Shown: positions 6,618 to 16,750 of the stretch, piece by piece
Layout: each line of letters starts with the position of its first letter
Position numbering within the stretch: the stretch's first letter is position 1
The notes under the pieces: model-generated
What the model saw: only the letters and a program-made list of their open reading frames with translations
The model's database searches: none
What the model was told of the DNA's origin: nothing
Assembly (NCBI RefSeq): GCF_000621645.1
Contig: NZ_JHXR01000002.1
Location: forward strand, 1-32,000
Direction: 5' to 3'
DNA: 32,000 nt
From: Vibrio cholerae ATCC 14035
GTDB lineage: Bacteria > Pseudomonadota > Gammaproteobacteria > Enterobacterales > Vibrionaceae
Made by a program: the position numbers and the translations under genes

Positions 6618-8579
6618 TTATTCCAATTCATAACTTTTTTGTGCGGTGTAGAAATTCTCTTTGAATGCCAGACTCCCCCACATCGCATTAGCATGCGCGC
6701 GAGTCACGATCGATTCGTCAAGCTGAAGTGGTGTCATCTTATGTGTCACTGAGTCATATTGATAGGTCGTGATATCTTGTCCTGGCTGCAATACAACCAC
6801 TTGGTTATCCGGTGTTAACCAACCAAAGTTTTTGTCACGTTGCATCATAGCGCGTTGCTTTTCAACCGGAACGTCTTGGGTTAAATCAAAGCCAATCATT
6901 GGGTTTTGACTACTAATACCGGCTAAGGAGAGTAGCGTCGGAGCTAAATCCAACTGGCTGAGTAAGCGGTCATCTTTACGCGCTTCAATGCCACCACCAA
7001 AAATAACCGCTGGAATATGAAAGTATTCCACAGGGATTGGATTGGTACCTTGTGTACGCGCGTCATGGTCTGCGACAACAACAAACACGGTGTTATCCCA
7101 ATAAGGAGATTTTTTCGCCTTTTCAACAAATTGCCCCAACGCGTAGTCAGCGTATTTCACTGCATTTTCTACCGTCTGTTTCGGTTCATTGTATGGTGTA
7201 ATCACGCCATCAGGGTATTCAAACGGGCTATGGTTAGACGAGGTAAATACCAAACTAAAGAAGGGTTTACCTTCTTGTACCATTTGCGTGAACTGCTCAT
7301 CAGCTTTATTGAACAGATCTTCATCCGACGCTCCCCACGAACCGACAAACTTAGGATTTGAGAAGGTAGGTAGATCTTGCATATCCACAAAACCGTTGCC
7401 GAGGAAGAAGCTCTTCATATTGTCAAAATGGCTCTCGCCACCATAAATAAATTGCGTGTGGTACTGCTGAGTTTTCAGCAAGCCTGCAATTGAGAAGAAG
7501 TTATTCTGGCTTTTACCTAACTTCACCACAGAGCGAGCAGGCGTTGGAGAAAATCCTGTGGTTACTGCTTCAATACCACGTACAGAGCGAGTACCCGTAG
7601 CGTACATGCGAGTGAATGCCCAGCCTTCGTTAATCAGTTTGTCCATGTTTGGAGAAACATCGATTCCCCCAAGGCTTTTTACATAACGCGCCCCGTGGCT
7701 TTCCATCAACAAAATGACGATGTTTTTAGGTGCACCTTGGTAAGTCGCAACATGATTGGCCAAAGACGGTTTGTCATCACTAATAAAATCTTCCGGGGCT
7801 ACAGTCATCGAAGCACGAACTTGATCGATCACGAGTTGTTTATCCATTTTCGGATAAAATTCAAATGCGTTGGCCTCTGAGCCCATTTGCTTGGCTGCGA
7901 AAATCACTGAATACGCGGAGTTGAGCGCAAGATCGTTCATCAAAGGATCGCTAGAGAAAGAGACCATTGCAGGGTTCATTGGGCGATGCCCTAAAGAAGA
8001 ACGAGCTCCTAATACCCCAACAGTGACCACAAGCACAGCAATCACTGGACGCCAATACCACTTGGGGTAATGCAAGTTGGAAACGAGTGTTTTACTCCAT
8101 CGCCAGCCGAGTACAACCGTTAATACACTCACGACTAGGCCGATAAATAGCTCCAATTTGTAACCCGACCACAGCATACCGAAGACTTCTTTCGGATAGA
8201 TAAGGTATTCCACAAATAAGCGATTAGGGCGCAGATCGTACTCAATGATAAAAGGAGGAGTAGCCACTTCCATGTACACAACGAACCATAACCCAGCCGT
8301 GATCCAAAGACGCAACACCCAATTCCAAATGCGGCCTAACCAATGCTCACCAGAAATTAAGCTAGTCAAAAGTGCAGGTAAAATAAACAAATAGCAGATT
8401 GACGCAAAGTCCACCCTTAAGCCACTAGTGAAAATGCGTATCCAGCCGTCAGCATTCGTTACGCGATCAAAATGCCACATAGCAAGACCTAAACGTGATA
8501 GCGCAAAAATGACTAATAAGGCGAATACAGCGCAAACGATAGGATAAAGAGGCCCAAAGAATAATTTGAGTTTATTCAA
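6618..8579 (-). CDS. LTA-synthase/sulfatase-family membrane protein (phosphoglycerol-transferase-like)
   Basis: 653 aa. It has about 5 N-terminal TM helices, then an alkaline-phosphatase/sulfatase-like domain (LLMESHGARY, SNHSPF, VVVADHDA). The start is an apparent TTG at 8579, and there is no upstream in-frame ATG or GTG. Confidence 0.85.
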   Translation of the reverse strand: MNKLKLFFGPLYPIVCAVFALLVIFALSRLGLAMWHFDRVTNADGWIRIFTSGLRVDFASICYLFILPALLTSLISGEHWLGRIWNWVLRLWITAGLWFVVYMEVATPPFIIEYDLRPNRLFVEYLIYPKEVFGMLWSGYKLELFIGLVVSVLTVVLGWRWSKTLVSNLHYPKWYWRPVIAVLVVTVGVLGARSSLGHRPMNPAMVSFSSDPLMNDLALNSAYSVIFAAKQMGSEANAFEFYPKMDKQLVIDQVRASMTVAPEDFISDDKPSLANHVATYQGAPKNIVILLMESHGARYVKSLGGIDVSPNMDKLINEGWAFTRMYATGTRSVRGIEAVTTGFSPTPARSVVKLGKSQNNFFSIAGLLKTQQYHTQFIYGGESHFDNMKSFFLGNGFVDMQDLPTFSNPKFVGSWGASDEDLFNKADEQFTQMVQEGKPFFSLVFTSSNHSPFEYPDGVITPYNEPKQTVENAVKYADYALGQFVEKAKKSPYWDNTVFVVVADHDARTQGTNPIPVEYFHIPAVIFGGGIEARKDDRLLSQLDLAPTLLSLAGISSQNPMIGFDLTQDVPVEKQRAMMQRDKNFGWLTPDNQVVVLQPGQDITTYQYDSVTHKMTPLQLDESIVTRAHANAMWGSLAFKENFYTAQKSYELE

Positions 8580-8669
8580 AGTCGTTACCTTGGTGTGTAT
8601 ATATTGAGAAAGTGAATACCGATAATCTCAGATTAACATCTCAAATCAAACACACCTTGATCATAAAGT

Positions 8670-9662
8670 TCAAATTTTCAGATTGTTACGTCGAATAATC
8701 ATCAACATGCCTAAAAAGAAAGCAATAAGCAAAGAGACACCTCCTCCAGATGAGCTCTCACTCACGCTAACCGTTGTAGTCCCTCCTGCAACCAACTGCC
8801 GTACTCCATTACTTTCTGTAACGTAATATTTGGGCGTCTCTAATCCATTCATGACACGTAATATCCAACTGTAGTAATCGGATACTTCCGTGAATACCGA
8901 GGTAACGGGCAGCGCTGGATTGCCACAGGTTGATGGTCCAAAACTGGTGATCCCAATTTGCACATATCCAGAGCCACTATCCCAATAGACAGGACCTCCG
9001 GAATCCCCAGAGCAGGTGGAGTTGCGATACGAACCGATTTGTGGCCCTGTAAAGCAGACATGCCCAGGGCCTAAATTAGCACCGTAATAAGCCGAGCAGG
9101 TCGCAAACGGAACAAAGGTTAAGGTGGTCTCTAATAAACGGGTTCCTCCGGCGACATTACCATTCACATAGCCGTGACCAATCGCTTTATAGGTCCCATT
9201 CACGTCATAGCTGTTATTGATGGAGCTATTGAGTACCCCAACGAAATTACTCACGTTAAGGTCGCTTTCTAACTTGATGATCGCAATATCATTTGGCCAA
9301 TACACTGCCGAAGAATCGACATAGTTATCGGGATAATAAAATTCCGCGGCACGAGCAAGTTGAACATTGCCATTGGGGAACTGGCTTTCATCTTCCAACT
9401 GAGGAACCACAACGGTATACAACATGGTATAGCTATTGCCATAAATACAATGTGCTGCCGTCAAGATATAACGTGAATTCAGAACCGTCGCACCACAGTA
9501 GGTTCCTGAGCTGTATTGATAAGGAGAGATATAAATCGCCAAGCTGGCAAACGAAGGGTAGTTTGCGACATTCGCATTGGTACCATTGACGATGTACGGC
9601 GAAATCTCAACCGCAGAAACTCGCGTTGTCAGCAGTAACAGGAGCCATAGCCATTTGCGCAT
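8670..9662 (-). CDS. vesA: Secreted trypsin-like serine protease VesA with GlyGly-CTERM sorting signal
   Basis: 330 aa with a signal peptide and IVNGT mature start. The catalytic residues are LTAAHC (His), DIAIIKL (Asp) and CSGDSGGPV (Ser). The C-terminal SSSGGGVSLLIAFFLGMLMIIRR is a GlyGly-CTERM (rhombosortase) tail. Confidence 0.9.
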   Translation of the reverse strand: MRKWLWLLLLLTTRVSAVEISPYIVNGTNANVANYPSFASLAIYISPYQYSSGTYCGATVLNSRYILTAAHCIYGNSYTMLYTVVVPQLEDESQFPNGNVQLARAAEFYYPDNYVDSSAVYWPNDIAIIKLESDLNVSNFVGVLNSSINNSYDVNGTYKAIGHGYVNGNVAGGTRLLETTLTFVPFATCSAYYGANLGPGHVCFTGPQIGSYRNSTCSGDSGGPVYWDSGSGYVQIGITSFGPSTCGNPALPVTSVFTEVSDYYSWILRVMNGLETPKYYVTESNGVRQLVAGGTTTVSVSESSSGGGVSLLIAFFLGMLMIIRRNNLKI

Positions 9663-9750
9663 GCGTCACCTCATTGGTTGAATTGATTGTTCTGCTTATT
9701 TATCACCCGCTTAAAGTGTAGCAATGAAATGAAACTATGCGATGCAGATA

Positions 9751-9781
9751 ACAAAAAACCCGCAGTTTTACCTGCGGGTTT
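9751..9781 (-). terminator. Rho-independent terminator of deaD
   Basis: On the minus strand, AAACCCGCAG-GTAAAA-CTGCGGGTT is followed by TTTTTGT. Confidence 0.85.
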
Positions 9782-9805
9782 ATCAATTCAAATCACATGT
9801 GTGAA

Positions 9806-11737
9806 TTATGCTTCTTCGCGACGACGGCTATGGCCACGCTCACCACGGTAGCTACCACTGCTCTCACCACTACGGTTGCGCTCAAAACGACGCTCACCTT
9901 CACGGAAAGGACGGCCTTCACCACCACGGCCACGACCACCTTCGCGGCCGCCTTCACGACCACCACGGAAACCGCCTTCACGGTTGCCTTCTGGACGACG
10001 ACCACCTTCGCGACGTGGACCACCTTCACGACGAGCACCACCACGAGATTCGCGGAAGTCATCGAAGTCACACACTACAGCACCCACTTCTTTCTGGCGG
10101 ATACGCAGCTTACGTAGCTTGCTAGAAACGTCATTTGACATGGCTTTTGGTAGCTGAACAAACGTATGGCCTTGAGCCAGTTTGATCGCACCGATAGAAC
10201 CTTTAGTCAGACCCAGTTCGTTTGCGAGAGCACCAACGATGTCTTTCACTTGAACGCCTTGGTCACGGCCAACTTGCAGTTGGTAAGTATCCCAATCGTG
10301 GTTTTCTTGATCGCGGCCACCGAATTCACGACGAGCAGGACGATCACCATCGCGGCGGTCATCACGACGCTCACGACGACGTGATTTTTCACGCTCCATC
10401 GCTTCGATCATTGGATCAGCGCCGACATAAAACAGTGGACGCTTACCTTGCTGACGTTTCAGCAGGATTGCAGCCAGAGTCGTTGCATCAATTTCCAGTG
10501 ACGCTTGCAGTTTTTCAACCAAATCAGCGAAACGCTCCAGCGAACTGAACTCTTTATCTGCTGCCAGCTCTTGACCCAGCTTAGTCAGACGAGATTCAGC
10601 CACTTTATCGCGGTGCGGCAGTTGGATCTCTTCCATTGAAGAACGAGTGACACGCTCGATAGTACGTAGCATGCGGATTTGGTTAGTACGAACCAGCAGG
10701 ATCGCCTTACCTTTACGTCCAGCACGACCAGTACGGCCGATACGGTGGATGTAAGATTCCACATCAAATGGAATATCGTAGTTGTATACGTGAGTGATAC
10801 GAGGAACGTCCAGACCACGTGCAACAACGTCGGTCGCAACCAGAATATCAATCACACCTTGTTTGATATGATCAACAGTACGCTCACGCAGAGACTGAGG
10901 GATATCACCGTGCAGAGCCGCTGCTTTGAAGCCACGCGCGCACAGCCAATCCGCTAGACGCTCAGTATCCTGACGAGTACGTACGAATACGATAGAAGCA
11001 TCGGTTTCTTCGGTTTCAAGCAGACGAGCCATCGCTTCATCTTTCTCTACACCTTTTACTACCCAGTATTGTTGCTCAACTTTCGCGACCGTTTGGTTAG
11101 AGCCCGCTACGTCAACACACTCTGGATCACGTAGGAAACGCTCAACAATTTCTTTAACCATTGGCGGCATAGTGGCTGAGAACAGTACGCGTTGTGCAGA
11201 CTCTGGCGCTTGTTCCATGATCCAAGTTACGTCATCAACGAAGCCCATTTTCAGCATTTCGTCTGCTTCATCAAGGATGAAAGTATGACATTCGTCTAGG
11301 TGTAGACGATCACGAGTGATCAGATCTTTTACACGACCCGGCGTACCCACAACGATGTGAGCGCCAGATTTCAGAGCGCGCATTTGATCAAGAATTGAAG
11401 CACCACCGTAGATCTCAAGAACCTTGAGGCCTTTGATGTTTTGGCCTAGGTTTTTGATCTCGGCTGCTACCTGAATCGCCAGCTCACGTGTTGGCGCCAT
11501 AACGATAGCTTGTGGCTTGTACTGAGATAGATTAAGTTTGTTGAGCAGAGGCAAAGAGAATGCCGCTGTTTTACCTGTACCTGTTTGCGCTTTACCCAGT
11601 GCATCACGGCCTTCAAGCAGAACAGGAATCGCTGCTGCTTGGATAGGAGTTGGTGATACGAAGCCCATTTCGGTTAGGGCAGAAAGGATGGCGCTGTTCA
11701 GTGCTAAATCACTGAATTGAATTGCAGTATCTTGCAT
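9806..11737 (-). CDS. deaD: DEAD-box ATP-dependent RNA helicase DeaD/CsdA
   Basis: Motifs AQTGTGKTAAF, PTRELA, ILDEADEML, FSATMP and HRIGRTGRAG, plus an Arg/Gly/Glu-rich C-terminal tail. I chose ATG 11737 (MQDTAIQFSDL), which aligns with the E. coli N-terminus. The ORF-track start at 11797 is a TTG. Confidence 0.93.
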   Translation of the reverse strand: MQDTAIQFSDLALNSAILSALTEMGFVSPTPIQAAAIPVLLEGRDALGKAQTGTGKTAAFSLPLLNKLNLSQYKPQAIVMAPTRELAIQVAAEIKNLGQNIKGLKVLEIYGGASILDQMRALKSGAHIVVGTPGRVKDLITRDRLHLDECHTFILDEADEMLKMGFVDDVTWIMEQAPESAQRVLFSATMPPMVKEIVERFLRDPECVDVAGSNQTVAKVEQQYWVVKGVEKDEAMARLLETEETDASIVFVRTRQDTERLADWLCARGFKAAALHGDIPQSLRERTVDHIKQGVIDILVATDVVARGLDVPRITHVYNYDIPFDVESYIHRIGRTGRAGRKGKAILLVRTNQIRMLRTIERVTRSSMEEIQLPHRDKVAESRLTKLGQELAADKEFSSLERFADLVEKLQASLEIDATTLAAILLKRQQGKRPLFYVGADPMIEAMEREKSRRRERRDDRRDGDRPARREFGGRDQENHDWDTYQLQVGRDQGVQVKDIVGALANELGLTKGSIGAIKLAQGHTFVQLPKAMSNDVSSKLRKLRIRQKEVGAVVCDFDDFRESRGGARREGGPRREGGRRPEGNREGGFRGGREGGREGGRGRGGEGRPFREGERRFERNRSGESSGSYRGERGHSRRREEA

Positions 11738-12110
11738 GGGGATCCCACTAAATGAAGAAATAACCAAGGTCCCACGTGCTTTACCATTTCCAACCAATCC
11801 AATGAATTGCTGAGTCCGTTCAGATGCGGATAAGTATTAAAACGCATCAAGCCGCTAGGGACATATAAGGGACGCGGATTATTCCCTAAAAGCATAAAAA
11901 AAGCTAGGAAAAATTGAATTTCATCACAAAAATTTCTTAGCAAAGGAAAAATGACGTCTCATTGACCGGAAAACCCCGTTAAAACACCAAAATTGCTGAC
12001 AATTTCAGCGAATAAATAAACAGCCAACGGCGCTCAATCTCACGTTTTCGGTAGTAATCCAGCCCCTCAATGATTATAGTGTGCCCAACTTAAACGGTTA
12101 GATAAAAAAG

Positions 12111-14147
12111 ATGTTCCAAGACAATCCGCGCCTCGCGCAGCTTAAGCAAAAAATCCAAGAAACCCTGCCTAAAAAAGAAGGCACCATCAAAGCCAGTGAC
12201 AAAGGTTTTGGCTTCCTCGAAGTCGATAGCAAAACCAGCTACTTTGTTCCGCCTCCTTATATGAAGAAGTGTATGCATGGCGACAAAGTCGTGGCTTTCA
12301 TCCGCACCGAAAATGAACGCGAAGTGGCTGAGCCTTCTGAACTCATCGAGCAATCGCTGACTCGCTTCATTGGTCGCGTAAAGCTATTTAAAGGCAAACT
12401 CAACGTCGCTCCCGATCATCCACAACTGAAAAAGCTGTCGCTGAAGGCAAAAACCAAGAAAGGCCTCAACGAAGCTGACTTCCAAGAGGGTGACTGGGTG
12501 GTCGCTCATCTTGTGCGCCACCCGCTGAAAGGTGACGATGGTTTCTTTGTGCAGATTTCACACAAAATCACCGATGCCAATGACAAAATTGCCCCTTGGT
12601 GGGTGACATTAGCAGAAAACGATCTGCCCAACAGCGAGCCAGCGGGCATTGACGATTGGCAACTGAAAGATGATGCAGACTTGGTTCGTGAAGATCTGAC
12701 CGCGCTGCCTTTTGTGACCATCGATGGTGAATCGACCAAAGATATGGACGACGCGCTTTACGCACAGCAACTGCCAAACGGTGATTTTGCGCTGACTATC
12801 GCGATTGCCGATCCAACCGCTTACATCACCCCAGAAGATGAGATGGACAAAGTCGCACGCGAGCGTGGCTTTACCATTTATTTGCCGGGTCGCAACATTC
12901 CAATGTTGCCACGCGATCTGGCTGATGAGCTTTGCTCTCTGATGGAAAACCAAGTTCGTCCAGCGCTATGCTGCTCAGTCACTATCCGTAAAGATGGCGT
13001 GATTGGCGATGATATTCGTTTCTTCGCAGCCAACATCAAATCTCATGCACGCCTAGTTTACGACCATGTTTCTGACTGGTTGGAGACTGGCAGCTCGGAA
13101 CAATGGCAACCAAGCGAAGAAATCGCCCAAGTAGTGCGCGACCTCTACGCTTTCTCACAAGCACGTGCGAACTGGTGTGAGACCCATGCCGTAGTGTTCC
13201 CAGATCGTCCAGACTACCGTTTTGAACTGAGCGCAGATAACGATGTGGTGGCGATCCATGCGGACATGCGCCGTACGGCAAACCGCTTGGTTGAAGAATC
13301 GATGATCACTGCGAACATCTGTGCGGGTAAAACGCTGCAAACTACATTTGGTTTTGGTGTATTCAATACCCACGCGGGTTTTAAAGCTGAAAAAATGGCC
13401 GATGTAGTAGAGCTCATGGCGGTCAACGGCGCACCCAATGCGGATGCAGAAACGCTGGCAACCGTAGAAGGCTTTGCCGCTCTGCGCCGCTGGCTAGCCA
13501 CGCAAGAAACCAGCTACCTCGATAATCGTATTCGTAAATACCAAAGCTACAGTGAGATTGGCAACCAGCCTCTCCCCCACTTCGCGATGGGCCTTGATGT
13601 GTACGCAACATGGACTTCGCCGATTCGTAAATACGGCGACATGATTAACCACCGTCTGCTGAAAGCGCACATTCTCGGCAAAGCCCCGGTGCAAACGCCG
13701 GATGAGACAGTTGGTGAAGAACTGGCTCTGCACCGTAAACACCACAAAATTGCTGAACGTAATGTGGCAGATTGGCTCTATGCGCGCACGCTGGCTGATG
13801 AGCCTGCGAAAGAAACCCGCTTCCAAGCTGAGATCTTTGATATCAACCGTCCGGGCATGCGTGTTCGCTTACTCGAAAATGGCGCAATGGCCTTTATTCC
13901 GGGAGCTCTGATCCTCGATAACAAAGAGCGTATCGAGTGTAATGGTGAAGACGGCACGATACTGATCGATAAAGAAGTGGTGTACAAACTTGGTGATGTG
14001 CTGGAAATCGTCCTGACAGAAGTCAATCAAGAAAACCGCAGCTTAGTGGGTAAACCAACGCAAGTGTTTGCTGATCTGGTTTCAGAGACGCAAACCAGCA
14101 CGGAGCAACCTGCTGAGGGCGCAGAAAATAACGAGCCCCAAGCTTAA
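12111..14147 (+). CDS. rnb: Exoribonuclease II
   Basis: 678 aa. The N-terminus [14 protein letters not shown]...GFGFLEVD matches E. coli RNase II. It has an RNB domain (DMDDALY) and a C-terminal S1-like domain, plus a short acidic tail. Confidence 0.95.
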   Translation: MFQDNPRLAQLKQKIQETLPKKEGTIKASDKGFGFLEVDSKTSYFVPPPYMKKCMHGDKVVAFIRTENEREVAEPSELIEQSLTRFIGRVKLFKGKLNVAPDHPQLKKLSLKAKTKKGLNEADFQEGDWVVAHLVRHPLKGDDGFFVQISHKITDANDKIAPWWVTLAENDLPNSEPAGIDDWQLKDDADLVREDLTALPFVTIDGESTKDMDDALYAQQLPNGDFALTIAIADPTAYITPEDEMDKVARERGFTIYLPGRNIPMLPRDLADELCSLMENQVRPALCCSVTIRKDGVIGDDIRFFAANIKSHARLVYDHVSDWLETGSSEQWQPSEEIAQVVRDLYAFSQARANWCETHAVVFPDRPDYRFELSADNDVVAIHADMRRTANRLVEESMITANICAGKTLQTTFGFGVFNTHAGFKAEKMADVVELMAVNGAPNADAETLATVEGFAALRRWLATQETSYLDNRIRKYQSYSEIGNQPLPHFAMGLDVYATWTSPIRKYGDMINHRLLKAHILGKAPVQTPDETVGEELALHRKHHKIAERNVADWLYARTLADEPAKETRFQAEIFDINRPGMRVRLLENGAMAFIPGALILDNKERIECNGEDGTILIDKEVVYKLGDVLEIVLTEVNQENRSLVGKPTQVFADLVSETQTSTEQPAEGAENNEPQA

Positions 14148-14174
14148 TTCGCTTGGTTTGAGTCTCCTTCATTC

Positions 14175-14207
14175 AAAAGGCATTCTTCGGAATGCCTTTT
14201 GTTTTTC
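14175..14207 (+). terminator. Rho-independent terminator of rnb
   Basis: AAAAGGCATTC-TTCG-GAATGCCTTTT followed by GTTTTT. Confidence 0.9.
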
Positions 14208-14241
14208 TCGTCTGGCGAATAACCCCATAAGCGGGCCAAGC

Positions 14242-14655
14242 CTATACCCAAAAATACGCTTTCGGATCTTTCTCCACTTCGCGGATGATGGCGGTTAAAT
14301 CCTCGCTACGCGCCAAAAATGGATAAGGGATCCAAGCTTCACTCTGCGCTTTTTGTTGATCGTAGGCGTAGAGCGCCCACTGTTTAGACGCTTCTTCCCA
14401 GACGATTTTTGCAACCAAACTTTCGTAGTCACAACGGGTTGAGTCGAGTTTGTAGTGGCACAGAATAAACTGCACCCCGTGCTCGATGGGCTCAAAGCTC
14501 GACTTGCCCAGCTCAGCAGGTAAGCTCTGGTTGCGGCTCATGCAAAGCAATTCTGCACGGCGTTCAAGCTGTCTCTGGAGAAGATTGACAATCATTTTTA
14601 ACCTCATCGGTGTCTGAGTCTGCTCAGTATGGCTATCTGAGCGATGCAATTCCAT
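14242..14655 (-). CDS. DUF3024-like hypothetical protein
   Basis: The C-terminal half (KIVWEEASKQWALYAYDQQ...WIPYPF...DLTAIIREVEKDPKAYFW) resembles the DUF3024 family. The start is uncertain: ATG 14655, ATG 14607, or the TTG at 14715 used by the ORF track. Confidence 0.65.
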   Translation of the reverse strand: MELHRSDSHTEQTQTPMRLKMIVNLLQRQLERRAELLCMSRNQSLPAELGKSSFEPIEHGVQFILCHYKLDSTRCDYESLVAKIVWEEASKQWALYAYDQQKAQSEAWIPYPFLARSEDLTAIIREVEKDPKAYFWV

Positions 14656-14802
14656 GATCTCCACATCATTTGAGTATAAGCAATGGGTGCAAGCTCGGTG
14701 AATTTCACCAATCAACTCACTAACCTAGAGCTGCCTTCACATTTTTGTCATACGTTTCAGGCATACTGCGTAAGATTTTTTTGACAATATGGGAGCTAAT
14801 TT

Positions 14803-15639
14803 ATGATCAGGATGGCACTTGCCGCCGTTTGCGCACTTCTTTTTTCCATCACAACGATGACACCCTTTGTGCAAGCAAGTGAAATAACCATTTCAGGTTC
14901 CACCTCAGTGGCCAGAATTATGGACGTACTGGCTGAAAAATATAACCAACAACACCCCGAGACTTATGTCGCAGTTCAAGGTGTCGGTTCTACCGCTGGG
15001 ATTTCTCTTTTGAAAAAAGGCGTCGCGGATATCGCTATGACCTCACGCTATCTCACGGAAAGTGAAGCGCAAAACACCCTACACACTTTTACGCTGGCTT
15101 TTGATGGTTTAGCGATTGTGGTCAACCAAGCCAATCCAGTCACCAATCTTACGCGAGAGCAGCTATACGGCATTTACAAAGGCCAAATCACCAACTGGAA
15201 ACAGGTGGGCGGTAACGATCAAAAAATCGCGGTCGTGACTCGCGAAGCCTCATCGGGTACTCGCTACAGCTTTGAAAGCTTGATGGGATTAACCAAAACC
15301 GTCAAAGATCGTGAGGTTTCCGATGTTGCGCCGACCGCGCTTGTCGTCAATAGCAACAGCATGATGAAAACGTTAGTCAACCACAATACTCAAGCGGTTG
15401 GCTTTATCTCTATTGGCTCGGTCGATAAATCCGTCAAAGCGATTCAGTTTGAAAAAACAGATCCCACTTCTGACAACATAGCTAAGCACACTTACCAATT
15501 ATCACGCCCGTTCTTAATTTTGCACTACTCAGATAACGCAGACGAACAGACCAAAGAGTTCATCGCCTTCTTAAAGTCTGAAAGCGCTAAAAAATTGATT
15601 GTGGAATACGGCTACATTATGCCAAGTGATGTGGAATAA
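14803..15639 (+). CDS. PstS-family phosphate-binding periplasmic protein (orphan, no adjacent pstCAB)
   Basis: 278 aa with a signal peptide and the motifs ISGSTSV, GVGSTAG and TREASSGTR, typical of the PBP-like-2/PstS family. A good SD (GGGAG) precedes the ATG. Confidence 0.85.
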   Translation: MIRMALAAVCALLFSITTMTPFVQASEITISGSTSVARIMDVLAEKYNQQHPETYVAVQGVGSTAGISLLKKGVADIAMTSRYLTESEAQNTLHTFTLAFDGLAIVVNQANPVTNLTREQLYGIYKGQITNWKQVGGNDQKIAVVTREASSGTRYSFESLMGLTKTVKDREVSDVAPTALVVNSNSMMKTLVNHNTQAVGFISIGSVDKSVKAIQFEKTDPTSDNIAKHTYQLSRPFLILHYSDNADEQTKEFIAFLKSESAKKLIVEYGYIMPSDVE

Positions 15640-15730
15640 ACCACAAGAGCATTACTCTTACTACATGAGTTTCTGCATGGTTGCACCATAGTTCTTCATG
15701 GTTTACCACACACAGTGTGCTTCAGAAACG

Positions 15731-15760
15731 AACAAGGAGAGCAAATAGGCTCTCCTTGTT
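15731..15760. terminator. Hairpin between the convergent PstS-like and MaoC-like genes
   Basis: AACAAGGAGAGC-AAATAG-GCTCTCCTTGTT is a perfect 12-bp stem. The flanking T-runs are only moderate. Confidence 0.6.
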
Positions 15761-15784
15761 GATTTATACTGATGACACAATGGG

Positions 15785-16456
15785 CTAGAAGTGCAGTTGG
15801 ATCACTGACACTACAACACAACCCGGACGACGAACGCCCTCGATCTCAACCTTGATTTCACGCTCAATCTCAAGTCCCTTCTTAATCGGGGTCACTTTCG
15901 ACAAAGTACTCACGGCACGAACTCGATTACCCGCTTTTACTGGATAAGGGAAACGTACCGAGTTCAAGCCAATATTGACCACCATTTTAGCGGTTGGAAA
16001 CAAGGTTTTCTCTTCATCAACGCTGTCGGTTAACTTTGGCAACAATGCCAGCGTTAAAAATCCATGCGCAATCGTCGTTTTGAATGGCGATTCCAACGCC
16101 GCACGATCCGGATTGGTATGAATCCACTGCATATCTTCAGTGACTGCACCGAATTGATTGATTCGCTCTTGATCAACCAGTAACCAATCTCCCGTATGGA
16201 TCACTTCACCCACCTGGGTTTGCAACTCGTCATACAGTGCTTGAGCCTCGGGTTTGAGTTCAATCGGCTCAGGGATCGGCGTATCTTCATTGGCAGGCAG
16301 ATGCAGATCTTTTACCCACCCAAACAGTGGACGGCTTTGGGTCTTGTTTAAAATATCATCCCAGTACTCGCGCACAGACGGAGACATCCACTGCTTAAAT
16401 TCAGTGTGCTTAACCAAGTTTTCAGCTCGATGCTTCAGAAGCTCAGCGACTCTCAT
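15785..16456 (-). CDS. MaoC-like (R-specific enoyl-CoA hydratase, hotdog-fold) protein
   Basis: FGAVTEDMQWIHTNPDRAA...TIAHGFLTLALL is the MaoC dehydratase signature. I chose ATG 16456, which has GAGG 6 nt upstream. The ORF-track start at 16477 is a TTG. Confidence 0.85.
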   Translation of the reverse strand: MRVAELLKHRAENLVKHTEFKQWMSPSVREYWDDILNKTQSRPLFGWVKDLHLPANEDTPIPEPIELKPEAQALYDELQTQVGEVIHTGDWLLVDQERINQFGAVTEDMQWIHTNPDRAALESPFKTTIAHGFLTLALLPKLTDSVDEEKTLFPTAKMVVNIGLNSVRFPYPVKAGNRVRAVSTLSKVTPIKKGLEIEREIKVEIEGVRRPGCVVVSVIQLHF

Positions 16457-16750
16457 CAAAACCTCATTCTTAACCAAGAAGAAATGGAAACGACCTAATT
16501 TTGAAGTACTTCACAGTAAGCTGCAATCACTTTCGGGCGTACATGCGTAACCTGTAACCAACAAAAATGTTTAAAAACAAAGCATTATCAATAAAACATT
16601 ATTTTATTAGCTTTTGAACAATTAGAGCAAACACACCATTTATTTCCATCCTTTTGCGCTACGTTAGCCAAGCAAACTCGTCAGCAACTTGCGAAGGATT
16701 GTAGAATGCCAAGCAAATATTGCACCGAATCGGTACTTTCTAACCCTCAT

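Noticed and set aside
9793-10157. Stack of overlapping ORFs on both strands with bizarre compositions (Val-, Thr-, His- and Pro/Arg-rich)
   Set aside because: They are alternative-frame and antisense readings of the low-complexity GC-rich repeat that encodes the Arg/Gly/Glu tail of DeaD. Only the DeaD frame has helicase context.
11738-11797. TTG-initiated extension of deaD (similarly 29428-29454 for groEL and 16457-16477 for the MaoC-like gene)
   Set aside because: The internal ATGs align with the N-termini of homologues and have better ribosome-binding sites.
12506-14026. Many 60-115-aa antisense or off-frame ORFs inside rnb (similar sets lie inside the sulfatase-family gene, speA, groEL and mgtE)
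   Set aside because: They are fully embedded in long, well-supported genes, I recognise no motifs, and such ORFs are expected by chance at this GC content.
16478-16750. Looked for a FadR-type operator upstream of the MaoC-like gene
   Set aside because: The closest stretch (CGTAACCTGTAACCAAC) is not a convincing match to the TGGTC.GACC-type consensus.
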